Positions 45,633-55,162 are shown, numbered from the stretch's first letter. The stretch: DNA of 64,000 nucleotides from an uncultured Holophaga sp. (GCA_963664825.1 OY761614.1:1600001-1664000); one strand, 5' to 3'. Numbers and translations: made by a program. Notes: generated by a model from the letters alone, not told the origin.

Positions 45633-46688
45633 TTATTCGCAGATCAGCTCGCGCATATCGCCCATGATGGCCCGGGGCACAGGCAGGTCGATCATGGTGT
45701 GCAGGCCGGGACGGGCATTGATGACATGGGGGATCATGTTGATGCACATGGCGATGGTGCCAATGCCGCCGGGGATCTCGGGCTTATTGGAGAGATTGAC
45801 ATTGGGTGTGCCCTTGATCACCACGTAGTCTCCCGTGTCCGTGCCCTCGAGCTCGGGCTCGATCTGCTGGGGGTGGTTCATCTCCACGGCCAGCTTGCCG
45901 TTCACATAGCCATAGCCCTTCATGGTGCAGCCCGCCACGTTGCCGGGCTTCACCTCGGCGTACTTGGTCTTGCGCAGCACATTGGAAACGATTGGGGCCA
46001 TGGTCTGCTCCACGGCCTTGTCCAGCTTCCAGCCGATGGCATCGCAGATCATATTGACGGATTCGTTGAAACCCACGTGCCCGGCCAGGTGGCCCGATGC
46101 CGATTGCTTATTGAATTCGTCCAGGGTGATGCCCACGCCCTGCTCTTCCATGACCGCGGGGCCGAAGGGGGAGAGGCTGTTCACGCGCTCGCACTTCACG
46201 AATTCGACATCCGTGCAGGCACCGGTCATGAGGATGGCCAGGAGATCCATGATGAGGCCGGGGTTGATGCCGGTGCCCAGCACGCTCACTCCGTTGGCCT
46301 TGGCGATGCGGTCCATCTCCTTGGTGAGTTCGGGCTCCTTGGCCTTGGGGTAGGACATCTCTTCGGCGGTGGAGACGACATTGATGCCCAATTCCAGGAT
46401 CAGCTTGATCTTGTCGAAGGCCTTGGCCGTGAAGCTATCGGTGGCCAGGAGCACCACGTCACAGCTCTTCTTGGCGATGATCTTGTGGATATCGCCCTGG
46501 ATGGTGATGTCCTTCCGGTCGCCCCGGGAGATGCCGAGCACCTCGAACATGCTCTTGTTCACGCGAGCGGGGTGGATATCGCAGACGCCGATGATATCCA
46601 CGCCCTTCTTGCGGAGCAGGACCTCGGCCATGCCGCTTCCCATGGCGCCGAAGCCCCAGATCGCGACCTTCACGTTTTCCTTTTTCAT
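45633..46688 (-). CDS. ord: 2,4-diaminopentanoate dehydrogenase
   Basis: WGFGAMG Rossmann motif, TAEEM, GTGINPG, NSLSPFG, GHVGF, HPQQ; first gene of the ort/ora cluster. Confidence 0.92.
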   Translation of the reverse strand: MKKENVKVAIWGFGAMGSGMAEVLLRKKGVDIIGVCDIHPARVNKSMFEVLGISRGDRKDITIQGDIHKIIAKKSCDVVLLATDSFTAKAFDKIKLILELGINVVSTAEEMSYPKAKEPELTKEMDRIAKANGVSVLGTGINPGLIMDLLAILMTGACTDVEFVKCERVNSLSPFGPAVMEEQGVGITLDEFNKQSASGHLAGHVGFNESVNMICDAIGWKLDKAVEQTMAPIVSNVLRKTKYAEVKPGNVAGCTMKGYGYVNGKLAVEMNHPQQIEPELEGTDTGDYVVIKGTPNVNLSNKPEIPGGIGTIAMCINMIPHVINARPGLHTMIDLPVPRAIMGDMRELICE

Positions 46689-46849
46689 GATGTCCTCCCT
46701 TTGTGTTTCGGATGGCTTGAGAATGGATGAGGGTCGCTCAAGGTTTCCTCAGTATGAGGTAGCTTCGGGGTCTTGCTTCCCTTAGCGGGTCGTGGTTGGA
46801 ACTCCGCTTGGGGACGCCCCCGGGACATGGCATCATCGGAGGGCATACG

Positions 46850-46890
46850 GGCAGTATATTGCCTATCATTTTTTGTGTGCAATATATTGC
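46850..46890. promoter_or_regulatory. Divergent sigma70 promoters overlapped by two palindromic operators
   Basis: GGCAGTATATTGCC (46850-63) and GCAATATATTGC (46879-90); minus-strand TTGCAC-N18-TATACT; plus-strand TTGCCT-N18-TATATT. Confidence 0.7.
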
Positions 46891-46901
46891 CAGAGGTCTG
46901 C

Positions 46902-47468
46902 ATGCTCTTTGATCCAAGGCACTTGCTTCAAGCCATTGCCGCCCAACTCGTCCAGAAGCGCCGCGAGCTGGACTGGAGCCAGCAGGATCTGGCGGACCGT
47001 TCCCAGGTAAGCCGCCGCATGATCGGCATGATTGAAAGCGGGGAGAGCAATGTGAGTCTGGCCACCCTGGGGCATCTGGCTGCGGCCCTGGGCATCACCT
47101 TCTCCGAACTGGTGGGAAGTGGCAGTGCGCCGGGGGGGAAGGGCAGTCGCCCCGAAAGGGGGCTGCGGCTCTGGCAGGGCAGCCGCCCGGGCACCAAGGT
47201 GGATCTCCTCCAGAGCTTTCCCGCATCGCGTTCCGTGGAACTCTGGAAATGGACCATCGCTCCCGGCGACCGCTACCAGGGGGAACCCGATCTCCCGGGC
47301 TATCGGGAGATGCTGTACGTGGTCCGGGGCTTCCTGTCCCTGGAACGCGCAGAGGGCACCCAGCTCCTCAAGGCCGGGGACGCCATCGCCTTCCCCTCGG
47401 ATCGCCCCTATGCCTTCGTCAATAACGGCAAGAGCAACCTCGTGTTCGTGCTCAACGTCGTGGCGTGA
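46902..47468 (+). CDS. XRE-family HTH + cupin transcriptional regulator
   Basis: WSQQDLA…VSRRMIGMIESGESN.SL.TL HTH; C-terminal cupin (EMLYV..G, GDAIAF.SD.P). Confidence 0.9.
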   Translation: MLFDPRHLLQAIAAQLVQKRRELDWSQQDLADRSQVSRRMIGMIESGESNVSLATLGHLAAALGITFSELVGSGSAPGGKGSRPERGLRLWQGSRPGTKVDLLQSFPASRSVELWKWTIAPGDRYQGEPDLPGYREMLYVVRGFLSLERAEGTQLLKAGDAIAFPSDRPYAFVNNGKSNLVFVLNVVA

Positions 47469-47471
47469 GGG

Positions 47472-48158
47472 TCAGACCGTCACCGTGCTGGCGGGGGCCG
47501 GTAGATCGAAGGCCATGCGGCCGTGGTCCAATCCCAGCACGCGCTTGCGCATGCGCTGGATGAGGCTGCGGTCGTGGGTCGCCACCATCACCGTGGTGCC
47601 CGAACCGTTGATGCGCTCGAAGAGCAACATGATCTCCTGGGCCAGATCCGGGTCCAGGTTGCCCGTGGGCTCGTCGGCCAGGAGCACCAGGGGGTCGTTC
47701 ACCAGGGCCCGAGCGATGGCCACGCGCTGCTGTTCGCCACCGGAGAGCTGCAGGGGGAAGCTGGAGAGCTTGTGCTGGAGGCCCACCATCTTGAGGGCGC
47801 GGAAGGCGCGCTGCTTCTGCTCCGAGTAGCTCACGCCCAGAATCTTCAGCACGAAGGCCACGTTCTCGAAGACGGTTTGGGCCTGGATGAGCTTGAAGTC
47901 CTGGAAGACCACCCCCAGCTTGCGGCGCAGGAAGGGGATCTCCGCTTCGGGCATGGAGGCCAGCTTGTGGCCTGCCAGGCAGATCTCCCCACTGGAGGGC
48001 ACCTGTTCCCGGAAGAGCAGCTTCAGCAGCGTGGACTTGCCCGCGCCGCTGGGCCCGGTGAGGAAGACGAACTCTCCGGGCTCGATATGGAAATTCACAT
48101 CGGCCAGGGCTGTGTGGATGCGCCCGTACTGCTTGCCGACATGGGTGAGGGAGATCAT
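47472..48158 (-). CDS. ftsE: Cell division ATP-binding protein FtsE
   Basis: GEFVFLTGPSGAGKST, IPFLRRKLGVVFQDFKL, ADEPTGNLDP, GTTVMVATHD. Confidence 0.88.
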   Translation of the reverse strand: MISLTHVGKQYGRIHTALADVNFHIEPGEFVFLTGPSGAGKSTLLKLLFREQVPSSGEICLAGHKLASMPEAEIPFLRRKLGVVFQDFKLIQAQTVFENVAFVLKILGVSYSEQKQRAFRALKMVGLQHKLSSFPLQLSGGEQQRVAIARALVNDPLVLLADEPTGNLDPDLAQEIMLLFERINGSGTTVMVATHDRSLIQRMRKRVLGLDHGRMAFDLPAPASTVTV

Positions 48159-48247
48159 GCCCAAATTCTACCCCGGAGGAAGGGCGGTTGACATCCTTGG
48201 GCTTCAGCGGGAATCTACAATTTTGCGCCAGAAAGCTTGGAGTGCTC

Positions 48248-49351
48248 ATGTTTGGCAAGACCCCTGAAGGAAGTACCGGCCGACTCGTACAACTCTGCAC
48301 TGGGTATTTCGCCTTTTACATCGCCACGGGCCTCCTGGCGAAGCTGTTCACGGATCCGATCCACGGCCATGCGGCTCTGATGAATGGAATATCCTTTCTG
48401 GTCTACAACACCCTGGGAGCCAATCTCACCTGCCTGATACCGGTGCTGTTGCTGGGTTGGTGGCACATGAAGAGCATCCGCCCCATCCGCCTCGGTCGCT
48501 GGGAAATGCCCTCCGAATTCCTCTACATCATCCCCAGCGGCATCTGCACGGCGGTGGTGATCCCCACCACCACGCTGATGTACACCCTGCCCATCAGCGT
48601 GATGGTGGCCATGGTCATCATGCGGGCCAGTGTCATTGTCATCAGCCGCATCGTGGACGCGGTGCAGATCCGCCAGGGCATCCTGAAGAAGCGGGTCTAC
48701 TGGGAGGAAAACGCCGCGGTGGTCTTCGCAGTGGTGGCCGCCTGCATCCAGCTGTTCATGCCCGGAGGCAAGAACGGCGGCCAGCCCAGCTTCATCCATA
48801 ACATGGCCGCAGTGGTCATCCTCGGCAGCTACTTGCTGGCCTATCTGATCCGCATCTACATCATGAACTACTACAAGAACACCCGGCCCAAGGGCGCCAC
48901 GTCCGATAACCGGCAGTTCTTTGCCGTGGAACAGATTGCCGCCTCGGCCACCATGGCGCTCATGGTCATCGTGGTGATGCTGAGCCCCCGGTTCTTCCCC
49001 TCCTGGATGAACCTGCATCAGGTCTCGCAATTCGTGTCCGCTGTGCGCCAACCCCAGGCAGGATGGGGATGGGCTTCCCTGGCCGGGACCACCTTCGGCG
49101 TGGTGGCCTTCTTCAGTGTCTTCATCTTCATGTTCAAGGGGCGCACCGCGACCTTCACGGGGCTGGTGAACCGGCTGACCTCCCTGGTGGCGGGCACGGC
49201 AGCCACCCTGCTGGGTTGGTTCTTCCTGGGCTTCGCGTTCCCTAGCCTTCAGGATTGGGTCAGCCTGGGCTTCGTCTTCGTGGCCGTGGCTTTCCTCTCC
49301 CGTGCCGAGAAGAAGCGCACCTTGGAGATGGCGGCGGCCCAAGAAATCTGA
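48248..49351 (+). CDS. Polytopic membrane protein (about 10 TM), possible transporter
   Basis: Multiple hydrophobic segments; family not recognised. Confidence 0.7.
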   Translation: MFGKTPEGSTGRLVQLCTGYFAFYIATGLLAKLFTDPIHGHAALMNGISFLVYNTLGANLTCLIPVLLLGWWHMKSIRPIRLGRWEMPSEFLYIIPSGICTAVVIPTTTLMYTLPISVMVAMVIMRASVIVISRIVDAVQIRQGILKKRVYWEENAAVVFAVVAACIQLFMPGGKNGGQPSFIHNMAAVVILGSYLLAYLIRIYIMNYYKNTRPKGATSDNRQFFAVEQIAASATMALMVIVVMLSPRFFPSWMNLHQVSQFVSAVRQPQAGWGWASLAGTTFGVVAFFSVFIFMFKGRTATFTGLVNRLTSLVAGTAATLLGWFFLGFAFPSLQDWVSLGFVFVAVAFLSRAEKKRTLEMAAAQEI

Positions 49352-49426
49352 CCTTCACCTGCTTGGTATCCACTGCGTGGATATCAAGGCCTGCTTTGGT
49401 GGGCCTGACGGATTATTTCGGGTCCT

Positions 49427-50572
49427 TCACCTGTATCTCTGTTTCAGCCATTTTTGCGGATCCTGTGGCTGGGCGAGGTGGCGGATTTCGAAGCCCAGGC
49501 GCGGGCCCTCCAGGGTGTCGCCGGAGGTTCCGACAGATTCACCGGAGCGCAGGATCTGGCCCTTGGTGACCTGGAAGTAGCGCAGATGGGTGTAGATGCT
49601 GCAGAAACCTCCCCCGTGGTCCAGGATCACCATGGGGCCGTAGTTCTGGTAGATCTCGGCGAAGATGACCTTGCCTTCGGCCACGGAATGCACGGGCGAA
49701 CCGGGCTCCGTGGCGATGAGCAGGCCCGTTTGGACGGTCTTGGTCTTGAAGCGGGGATGGAGATGGGTGCCGAAATCCTGGGCCAGGGATCCTTCGGTGG
49801 GCCGGGGCAGTTCACCCCTCAGGCTGGCGAAACTGGTGGAGGTCTCGAAGGTCTCGCCGCGCGGTTTGCCCAGCAACTGGGTGAGCATGCGCTCCAGTTG
49901 GAGGGCCTCTTCGGCGAGTTCGGCCTGCATCTCCTTCTGCTTGGACTCGTCCTGGCGGAGCCCGTCCAGGAAACCCTGGAGGCGCTCCTCGTTGAGCCGG
50001 AGGGCGGCCTGGAGTTGGGCCGCCTCTCGCTCCTCCTGGGCCAGGCGTACGAGGGCGGCCTGAAGATCCTTCTCCCGCAATAGGAGGTCGCCCTGGAGGC
50101 GCTGGACCTGCTCCAGCTTGCGCCGCTGCTGGCTGCGCCAATATTCCAGATAGCGTCCACGGGTGAGAAATTCCTCGAAGCCCTGGGTGGAGGGGAAGAG
50201 GCCTAGCCCCCCCAGGGGGCCCAGGGCCTGCATCCACCGCACCTGTTTGCGGATCTCGGTCCTCAGTTGGAGGATTTCCTTGTGGATGCCCTCCTTGCGG
50301 GAGGTGATCTGCTGAACTTCACTCTGGGCCTGGTCCCGCTTGATGCGGGCCCCTTCGGCCTGGGCCCGCATCCGGTCGGCCTGGAGGGAAATGCCCTGGA
50401 GTTCCACCAGCACGCCCTTGCGCCGCTTCTTCAACCCGCCCAACTGCTGGTCCACCTGGGAGAGCCGGGCCTGCACTTCCGCGAGGCGTTGCTTGATGCG
50501 GGCGGAATCCTGGCCGGGCGTCTGGGCTGGAAGGACCAGGGCCGACAACACCAGGAGGGTGCGCAGCTTCAC
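49427..50572 (-). CDS. envC: Murein hydrolase activator EnvC-like (coiled coil + degenerate M23)
   Basis: Signal peptide, long coiled coil, M23 domain with QTGLLI/LGFEIR in place of the zinc ligands. Confidence 0.82.
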   Translation of the reverse strand: MKLRTLLVLSALVLPAQTPGQDSARIKQRLAEVQARLSQVDQQLGGLKKRRKGVLVELQGISLQADRMRAQAEGARIKRDQAQSEVQQITSRKEGIHKEILQLRTEIRKQVRWMQALGPLGGLGLFPSTQGFEEFLTRGRYLEYWRSQQRRKLEQVQRLQGDLLLREKDLQAALVRLAQEEREAAQLQAALRLNEERLQGFLDGLRQDESKQKEMQAELAEEALQLERMLTQLLGKPRGETFETSTSFASLRGELPRPTEGSLAQDFGTHLHPRFKTKTVQTGLLIATEPGSPVHSVAEGKVIFAEIYQNYGPMVILDHGGGFCSIYTHLRYFQVTKGQILRSGESVGTSGDTLEGPRLGFEIRHLAQPQDPQKWLKQRYR

Positions 50573-51318
50573 CCCTTGCTCCGCTTGGGAGCCTTTCCAG
50601 GGCGGAACATCAGGAGGATCGCGAGCAGCAGCGGGCCGCCAAGGCAGAGGGGCAGGGCGTTCCAGGCGAGGGGGTCGGTGGGCAGGGTCTCCGTCGGTAA
50701 TAGATGGCCCAGGAAGGCCACGCTCTTCACCAGGGCCCTGGGGACCTCCAGGTCTTGGCCGAATTCACCCACCCAGGCCAGCACTCGGCCGATGGCCGCC
50801 AAGCCATAGGCCAAGAGGATGGCTATGCCGCGATTGGACCTGATCACAAGAGCCAGGGCCACCGTCCACAGCAGCAGCTGAAGGCCCAGCAGGAGGGCAT
50901 TCAGGTCGGCCTGGAGGATGGAGGGGGCCAAGGGGGATCCCAGCAATCGATAGCTGGCGGCCAGCATGGGCAGCATGGCCAGTTGGCTGAGGAACAGTCC
51001 GTGGGCCAGGGCCAGGCCCAGACCCAGGAAGAGTCCCTTGATGCGCTCCCCCTTGGCGGTGGCTGTGGTCCATTCGGTCAGGGGCAGGAAGGCGCCGAAG
51101 AGGATCACGGCCGGAACCATGGTGTAGATGAGACGACCCAGTCCCTGGGTGACATAGGGCTTGGCGTCCTGGAAACCCAGGGGAATGGCCACGCCGAAGA
51201 TCATCAATTGGCTGCCGTCGCCGCCGAAGCCCTGGATGCCACCCAGCACCAGTCCCGCCAGGAGCAGGCAGGCACAGGCCCAGATGATGCGGAAGAGGCT
51301 GCTGCCGAAGCGATCCAT
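50569..51318 (-). CDS. Hypothetical membrane protein
   Basis: About six hydrophobic segments; translationally coupled to envC (GTGA). Confidence 0.7.
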   Translation of the reverse strand: MDRFGSSLFRIIWACACLLLAGLVLGGIQGFGGDGSQLMIFGVAIPLGFQDAKPYVTQGLGRLIYTMVPAVILFGAFLPLTEWTTATAKGERIKGLFLGLGLALAHGLFLSQLAMLPMLAASYRLLGSPLAPSILQADLNALLLGLQLLLWTVALALVIRSNRGIAILLAYGLAAIGRVLAWVGEFGQDLEVPRALVKSVAFLGHLLPTETLPTDPLAWNALPLCLGGPLLLAILLMFRPGKAPKRSKG

Positions 51319-51475
51319 GGGCGTCTCCTGTTTGCTTCGATTCTATCCTGGCATCTGCCTCGCCCGGGCCAACCAACACCGAACCTGTTCTTGCGGGCTG
51401 GAGTAAGATGGGCAACGATTAGCCAGGAATCCATTTGCGTCCCTAGAGTCAAGACCCCACGGAGTCTCCGCCCTG

Positions 51476-53008
51476 ATGCTCGAGCCCGGCCACATCCCCG
51501 AAGTTCCTTCCGAATCCTCGGAGATCCTCGGATTGCTGGGGCAATTGACAGCGGCCCAGGTCGATATCCGCAAGCTTCAGGCGGAACTGTACGAAGCCAA
51601 GCAGCAGGACCTTTTCACTGGGCTTCCCAACCGCCTGCGTCTGGCGGATCGCCTGGACCAGGCCATCCTGATGGCCCAGCGGCAGGAGCGTTCCGTTTCC
51701 GTCATCTTCATCGAGATCGACCGATTTAAGGCCATCAACCAGACCCTGGTCTTCCAGGAGCGGGACGAACTGATCCACCAGGTGGCCCGGCGGCTCATCT
51801 CCCCCTTGAGGCTAGGGGACACCCTGGCCTCGGTGAGCAATGACCAGTTCGCGGTCCTGCTGCCCGATCTGAGGGACCCCCTGGAGCCCTCCCGGGTGGC
51901 CCAGAGCATTCTCGAGGCCCTGCGGATTCCCTTTCGCGTGGGCAAGCGGACCATCCATCTCACCGCGAGCATGGGGATCAGCAGCTACCCGCAGGATGGT
52001 CCGGATTCCATCGCCCTTCAGAATCAGGCCGAAAGCGCCGCCAATCGAGCCAAGAGCGAAGGGGGCAACTGCGTGGAATGCAACACGCCCACCCTCAGCG
52101 AAGCCTTTCTCGAGAGATGCGAGATGGAGTCCTACCTCAGCGAGGCCATCGCCGCAGAGGAACTCGATGTCTTCTACCAGCCCCAATTCGGTTGGAACGA
52201 TAACATCATTGGCGTGGAGGCCCTCCTGCGCTGGAATCATCCAATCCTGGGCGTGGTGCCACCCTCGAAGATCATCCCCATGGTCGAGGAAAACCAGCTC
52301 ATCCATGTGGTGGGCGAGTGGGTTCTGCGCAAGGCCTGCCGCCAAGTGGCGGCGTGGCAGGCCCTGAGCCCGCACCCCTTGCGCCTCGCGGTCAATGTCT
52401 CGGCTTTTCAGGTAACCGATCCCAAATGGGTGGATAGCGTGGCCCGAGTCCTGCGGGATACGCGATTCCCCCCCTTCTGTCTGGAACTGGAGCTCACGGA
52501 GAGCTCTCTCCTGAAGAACGGGAAGCAGGGCCATGCCCCCTTGCATGAGATAAAGGCCATGGGCATCCGCATCGGCATCGATGATTTCGGCACCGGCTAT
52601 TCCTCCCTCAGCTACCTCCAGCGCCTGCCCATCGATACCCTCAAGATCGATCGTTCCTTCGTGGAGGGCCTCCACCCCGAGCATTCCGAGCCGAGTTCCA
52701 GAGCCATCATCCAGACCATCCTGCAGCTCGGCGAGAACCTGAAGCTCGATGTGGTCGCCGAGGGGCTGGAGACGGAGACCCAGCGGGAGACGCTGCATCT
52801 CATGGGATGCGAAATCTTCCAGGGCTTCCTGTTGGGGATGCCGATGGCCGCTTCGGATATGGGGCACCTCCTGGATGCCCGGCAGGCCTCCGTCTTTGAG
52901 ACCTTCCTGATCCCTGGGCCGGGTGGTACCAGGGGCCCAGCTTCTCTCCCGGCATCCCCTTCCGGGGCTTCGCCCCTGGGGGCGCGGGACGTCTCGCAAG
53001 CTGGATGA
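51476..53008 (+). CDS. Degenerate GGDEF + EAL c-di-GMP phosphodiesterase
   Basis: GGDEF site reads SNDQF; EAL, ELTE, DDFGTGYSS, KIDRSF and EGLE are intact. Confidence 0.9.
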   Translation: MLEPGHIPEVPSESSEILGLLGQLTAAQVDIRKLQAELYEAKQQDLFTGLPNRLRLADRLDQAILMAQRQERSVSVIFIEIDRFKAINQTLVFQERDELIHQVARRLISPLRLGDTLASVSNDQFAVLLPDLRDPLEPSRVAQSILEALRIPFRVGKRTIHLTASMGISSYPQDGPDSIALQNQAESAANRAKSEGGNCVECNTPTLSEAFLERCEMESYLSEAIAAEELDVFYQPQFGWNDNIIGVEALLRWNHPILGVVPPSKIIPMVEENQLIHVVGEWVLRKACRQVAAWQALSPHPLRLAVNVSAFQVTDPKWVDSVARVLRDTRFPPFCLELELTESSLLKNGKQGHAPLHEIKAMGIRIGIDDFGTGYSSLSYLQRLPIDTLKIDRSFVEGLHPEHSEPSSRAIIQTILQLGENLKLDVVAEGLETETQRETLHLMGCEIFQGFLLGMPMAASDMGHLLDARQASVFETFLIPGPGGTRGPASLPASPSGASPLGARDVSQAG

Positions 53009-53079
53009 ATCTCCGGATTTCGTCACCCTGCTTCTTGCCGATGATGATCACACTGGTTTGGAACCGAGGGTTGGCGGCC

Positions 53080-53544
53080 TCACAGGTCCTCGGCTCCTTC
53101 TTCACCGATTTCGGGATCCACCGAGGCCCAGCGGGCTTCGGCCTGGAAGGCGGGGGCCTGGCAGCGTGCCATGAATTCGTTCATGCGTTTGCCCCAGGAC
53201 GAAGTCTCGGCGCTGCCTTCGGGCGTGAAGGAGAGGAGATCGCCGGGGGCATCCTCCAGGCAGAGTTGCGTGAGGATGAGACTCTGCTGGTAACTCTCGC
53301 CCACGGGGGTGAGGTTATCGGCCAGCTCGGCCAAGTGGTCGGCCAGTTCCTCCTCGCAACCTTCTGACAGTGTCTCGAGAATCTCAACCACCTGCTCCCG
53401 GGCCTTCAGGAGCTTGCAGTGGAGTCTCTCCAGCTCCTTGGCATCAGCGCCCTTGGATAGGGCATGGGCAGCGTCCTCCAGGTGGGGATGCAGCTTCTTG
53501 AAAAGGAGCTGGAGGGCGTTCTCGGCGGGCGTCGAAGGATCCAT
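53080..53544 (-). CDS. Hypothetical acidic helical protein
   Basis: 154-aa ORF with plausible codon usage. Confidence 0.65.
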   Translation of the reverse strand: MDPSTPAENALQLLFKKLHPHLEDAAHALSKGADAKELERLHCKLLKAREQVVEILETLSEGCEEELADHLAELADNLTPVGESYQQSLILTQLCLEDAPGDLLSFTPEGSAETSSWGKRMNEFMARCQAPAFQAEARWASVDPEIGEEGAEDL

Positions 53545-53590
53545 GGAGGGATTCTACCGGTGTCTGGAATAATGATTCCAGGAGTCTCCT

Positions 53591-53971
53591 ATGAAATCCG
53601 AAGGCATGCCTTCCCGTGACGTCCTCGATCCCGACACCATGCAGCAGTTGCTGGACTTGGATGATGGTGACCTGGGGCTCCTGCGCGAGATGTGTGAACT
53701 CTTTCGGGACGACACGCCTCCTCGAATCCTCCTGTTGGAGGAATCCATTCGATTGGACGACCGCGAACAGATGGGTGATGCTGCCCACGCCGTGAAGGGC
53801 GCGGCCAGCACCATGGGTGCCCCCAAGGTGCGGGCCCTTGCCCAGGCTCTGGAAGTGGGAAGCCGCACGGGCAATTTTGCCGAAGCCCCCGCGGAGTTGC
53901 TGGCCAAGCTGAAGGCTGCCTTCGCTGAGGCCCTGGTTGGGCTGGACGCGTTTATTGCGGGGAAGGCATAG
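53591..53971 (+). CDS. Stand-alone Hpt phosphotransfer protein
   Basis: AHAVKGAASTMGA Hpt signature; RBS AGGAG. Confidence 0.88.
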   Translation: MKSEGMPSRDVLDPDTMQQLLDLDDGDLGLLREMCELFRDDTPPRILLLEESIRLDDREQMGDAAHAVKGAASTMGAPKVRALAQALEVGSRTGNFAEAPAELLAKLKAAFAEALVGLDAFIAGKA

Positions 53972-55026
53972 TGCAGAACGAAGAAAGCAGTGGGGATTCC
54001 GGCAACGCTCTGGAAATGGTGTGCCGAACCCCGGGGATGGACGTTGCGAAGCCCCTCCTGACGATCGCAATCCCCACCTACAACCGGGCCGAGTTATTGC
54101 ACTCCTGTCTTAAACATGTGCTTCCCCAAGTGGAGGCTCTGGGAGGGCGTGTGGAATTGCTTGTTTCCGACAATGCCTCCACGGATGCTACACAGGAATT
54201 GTTGGCGGGTCTCCTGGCCTCCGGCGCTTCCTTACGCTATGTGCGAAACAGCGAGAACATCGGTCCTGACCGCAATTTCGTCCAGTGTCTGGCACTCGCT
54301 TCCGGAACCTACTTCCTGCTGCTTGGGGACGACGATTTGGTGTTGGAAGGCACTTTGGAGAAACTGCTCCCTTTGCTTGAGGGGGAGAGGCCCGGAATCG
54401 TGCACCTCGGGAGTTTTCCCTTCAAGGGCGATCACAGGCGCAAAATCCACAGGCACATGCCCTCCGGAAAGGTCCTCCGATTCACGGATAGGACTGCGTT
54501 CGCAGCGAAGGTGAATGTCATGTTCACCTTCATCTCTGCCAACGTCATCGACAAGTCCTCTCTAGGACCGGAGTTCTGTTCGGAGGAGTTCTTGGGTACC
54601 AACCTAGTGCAGCTCTCCTGGACGCTTGAGGCCCTCCTCCACTCTGGGTTGAGTCTCTTTGTGGATGATCATCTAATTGCGGCAACGACGGATAACTCTG
54701 GTGGGTACGGATTTTATAGAGTTTTCGGCGTCAACATGAACCATGTTTTTGATAAATTTATGGCTCGTGGGGCCGATCCTTCGATCTTTGAGGCCATCAA
54801 CCGGAAGACGATCACGACTTTTTTCCCCGACTGGATCCTGCGACAGCGGAGGAAAAGACAGGATAGCTTTGTCGAGGAGAACCCTGTCGAGGTGTTGCGG
54901 CCAATTTTCAAGGGATTTCCGGCCTTTTGGCTCATGATCCTTCCCGTCTCCACTTGGCCTCTATTCATCGCGAAGCCCTGGTACAAGGCCTGCCGCAAGT
55001 GGCTAAAGCTCACGTGGCGATGGTGA
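53971..55026 (+). CDS. Glycosyltransferase family 2 (resembles dideoxyhexosyl transferases)
   Basis: LLTIAIPTYNRA, VSDNASTD, NIGPDRNF, LLGDDD; start uncertain. Confidence 0.88.
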   Translation: MQNEESSGDSGNALEMVCRTPGMDVAKPLLTIAIPTYNRAELLHSCLKHVLPQVEALGGRVELLVSDNASTDATQELLAGLLASGASLRYVRNSENIGPDRNFVQCLALASGTYFLLLGDDDLVLEGTLEKLLPLLEGERPGIVHLGSFPFKGDHRRKIHRHMPSGKVLRFTDRTAFAAKVNVMFTFISANVIDKSSLGPEFCSEEFLGTNLVQLSWTLEALLHSGLSLFVDDHLIAATTDNSGGYGFYRVFGVNMNHVFDKFMARGADPSIFEAINRKTITTFFPDWILRQRRKRQDSFVEENPVEVLRPIFKGFPAFWLMILPVSTWPLFIAKPWYKACRKWLKLTWRW

Positions 55027-55162
55027 TTCGGTGGGGCGGTGGGCGCGGGAGATTCACGTGGTGTGGTGAGCCTTTGGCCGAATGGGCTCCAGCGCCGAAT
55101 GTGGTGTAGGGCTTGTGCAGAAGGCATCCGTTAAACTCAAGCCACCCTTGCAAAGGAACGGC

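Noticed and set aside
46766..46822. ord leader as a yybP-ykoY (Mn2+) riboswitch because of GCAAGACC
   Set aside because: The matching 5' GGAGUAGC element and four-way junction are absent; kept only as an unassigned structured leader.
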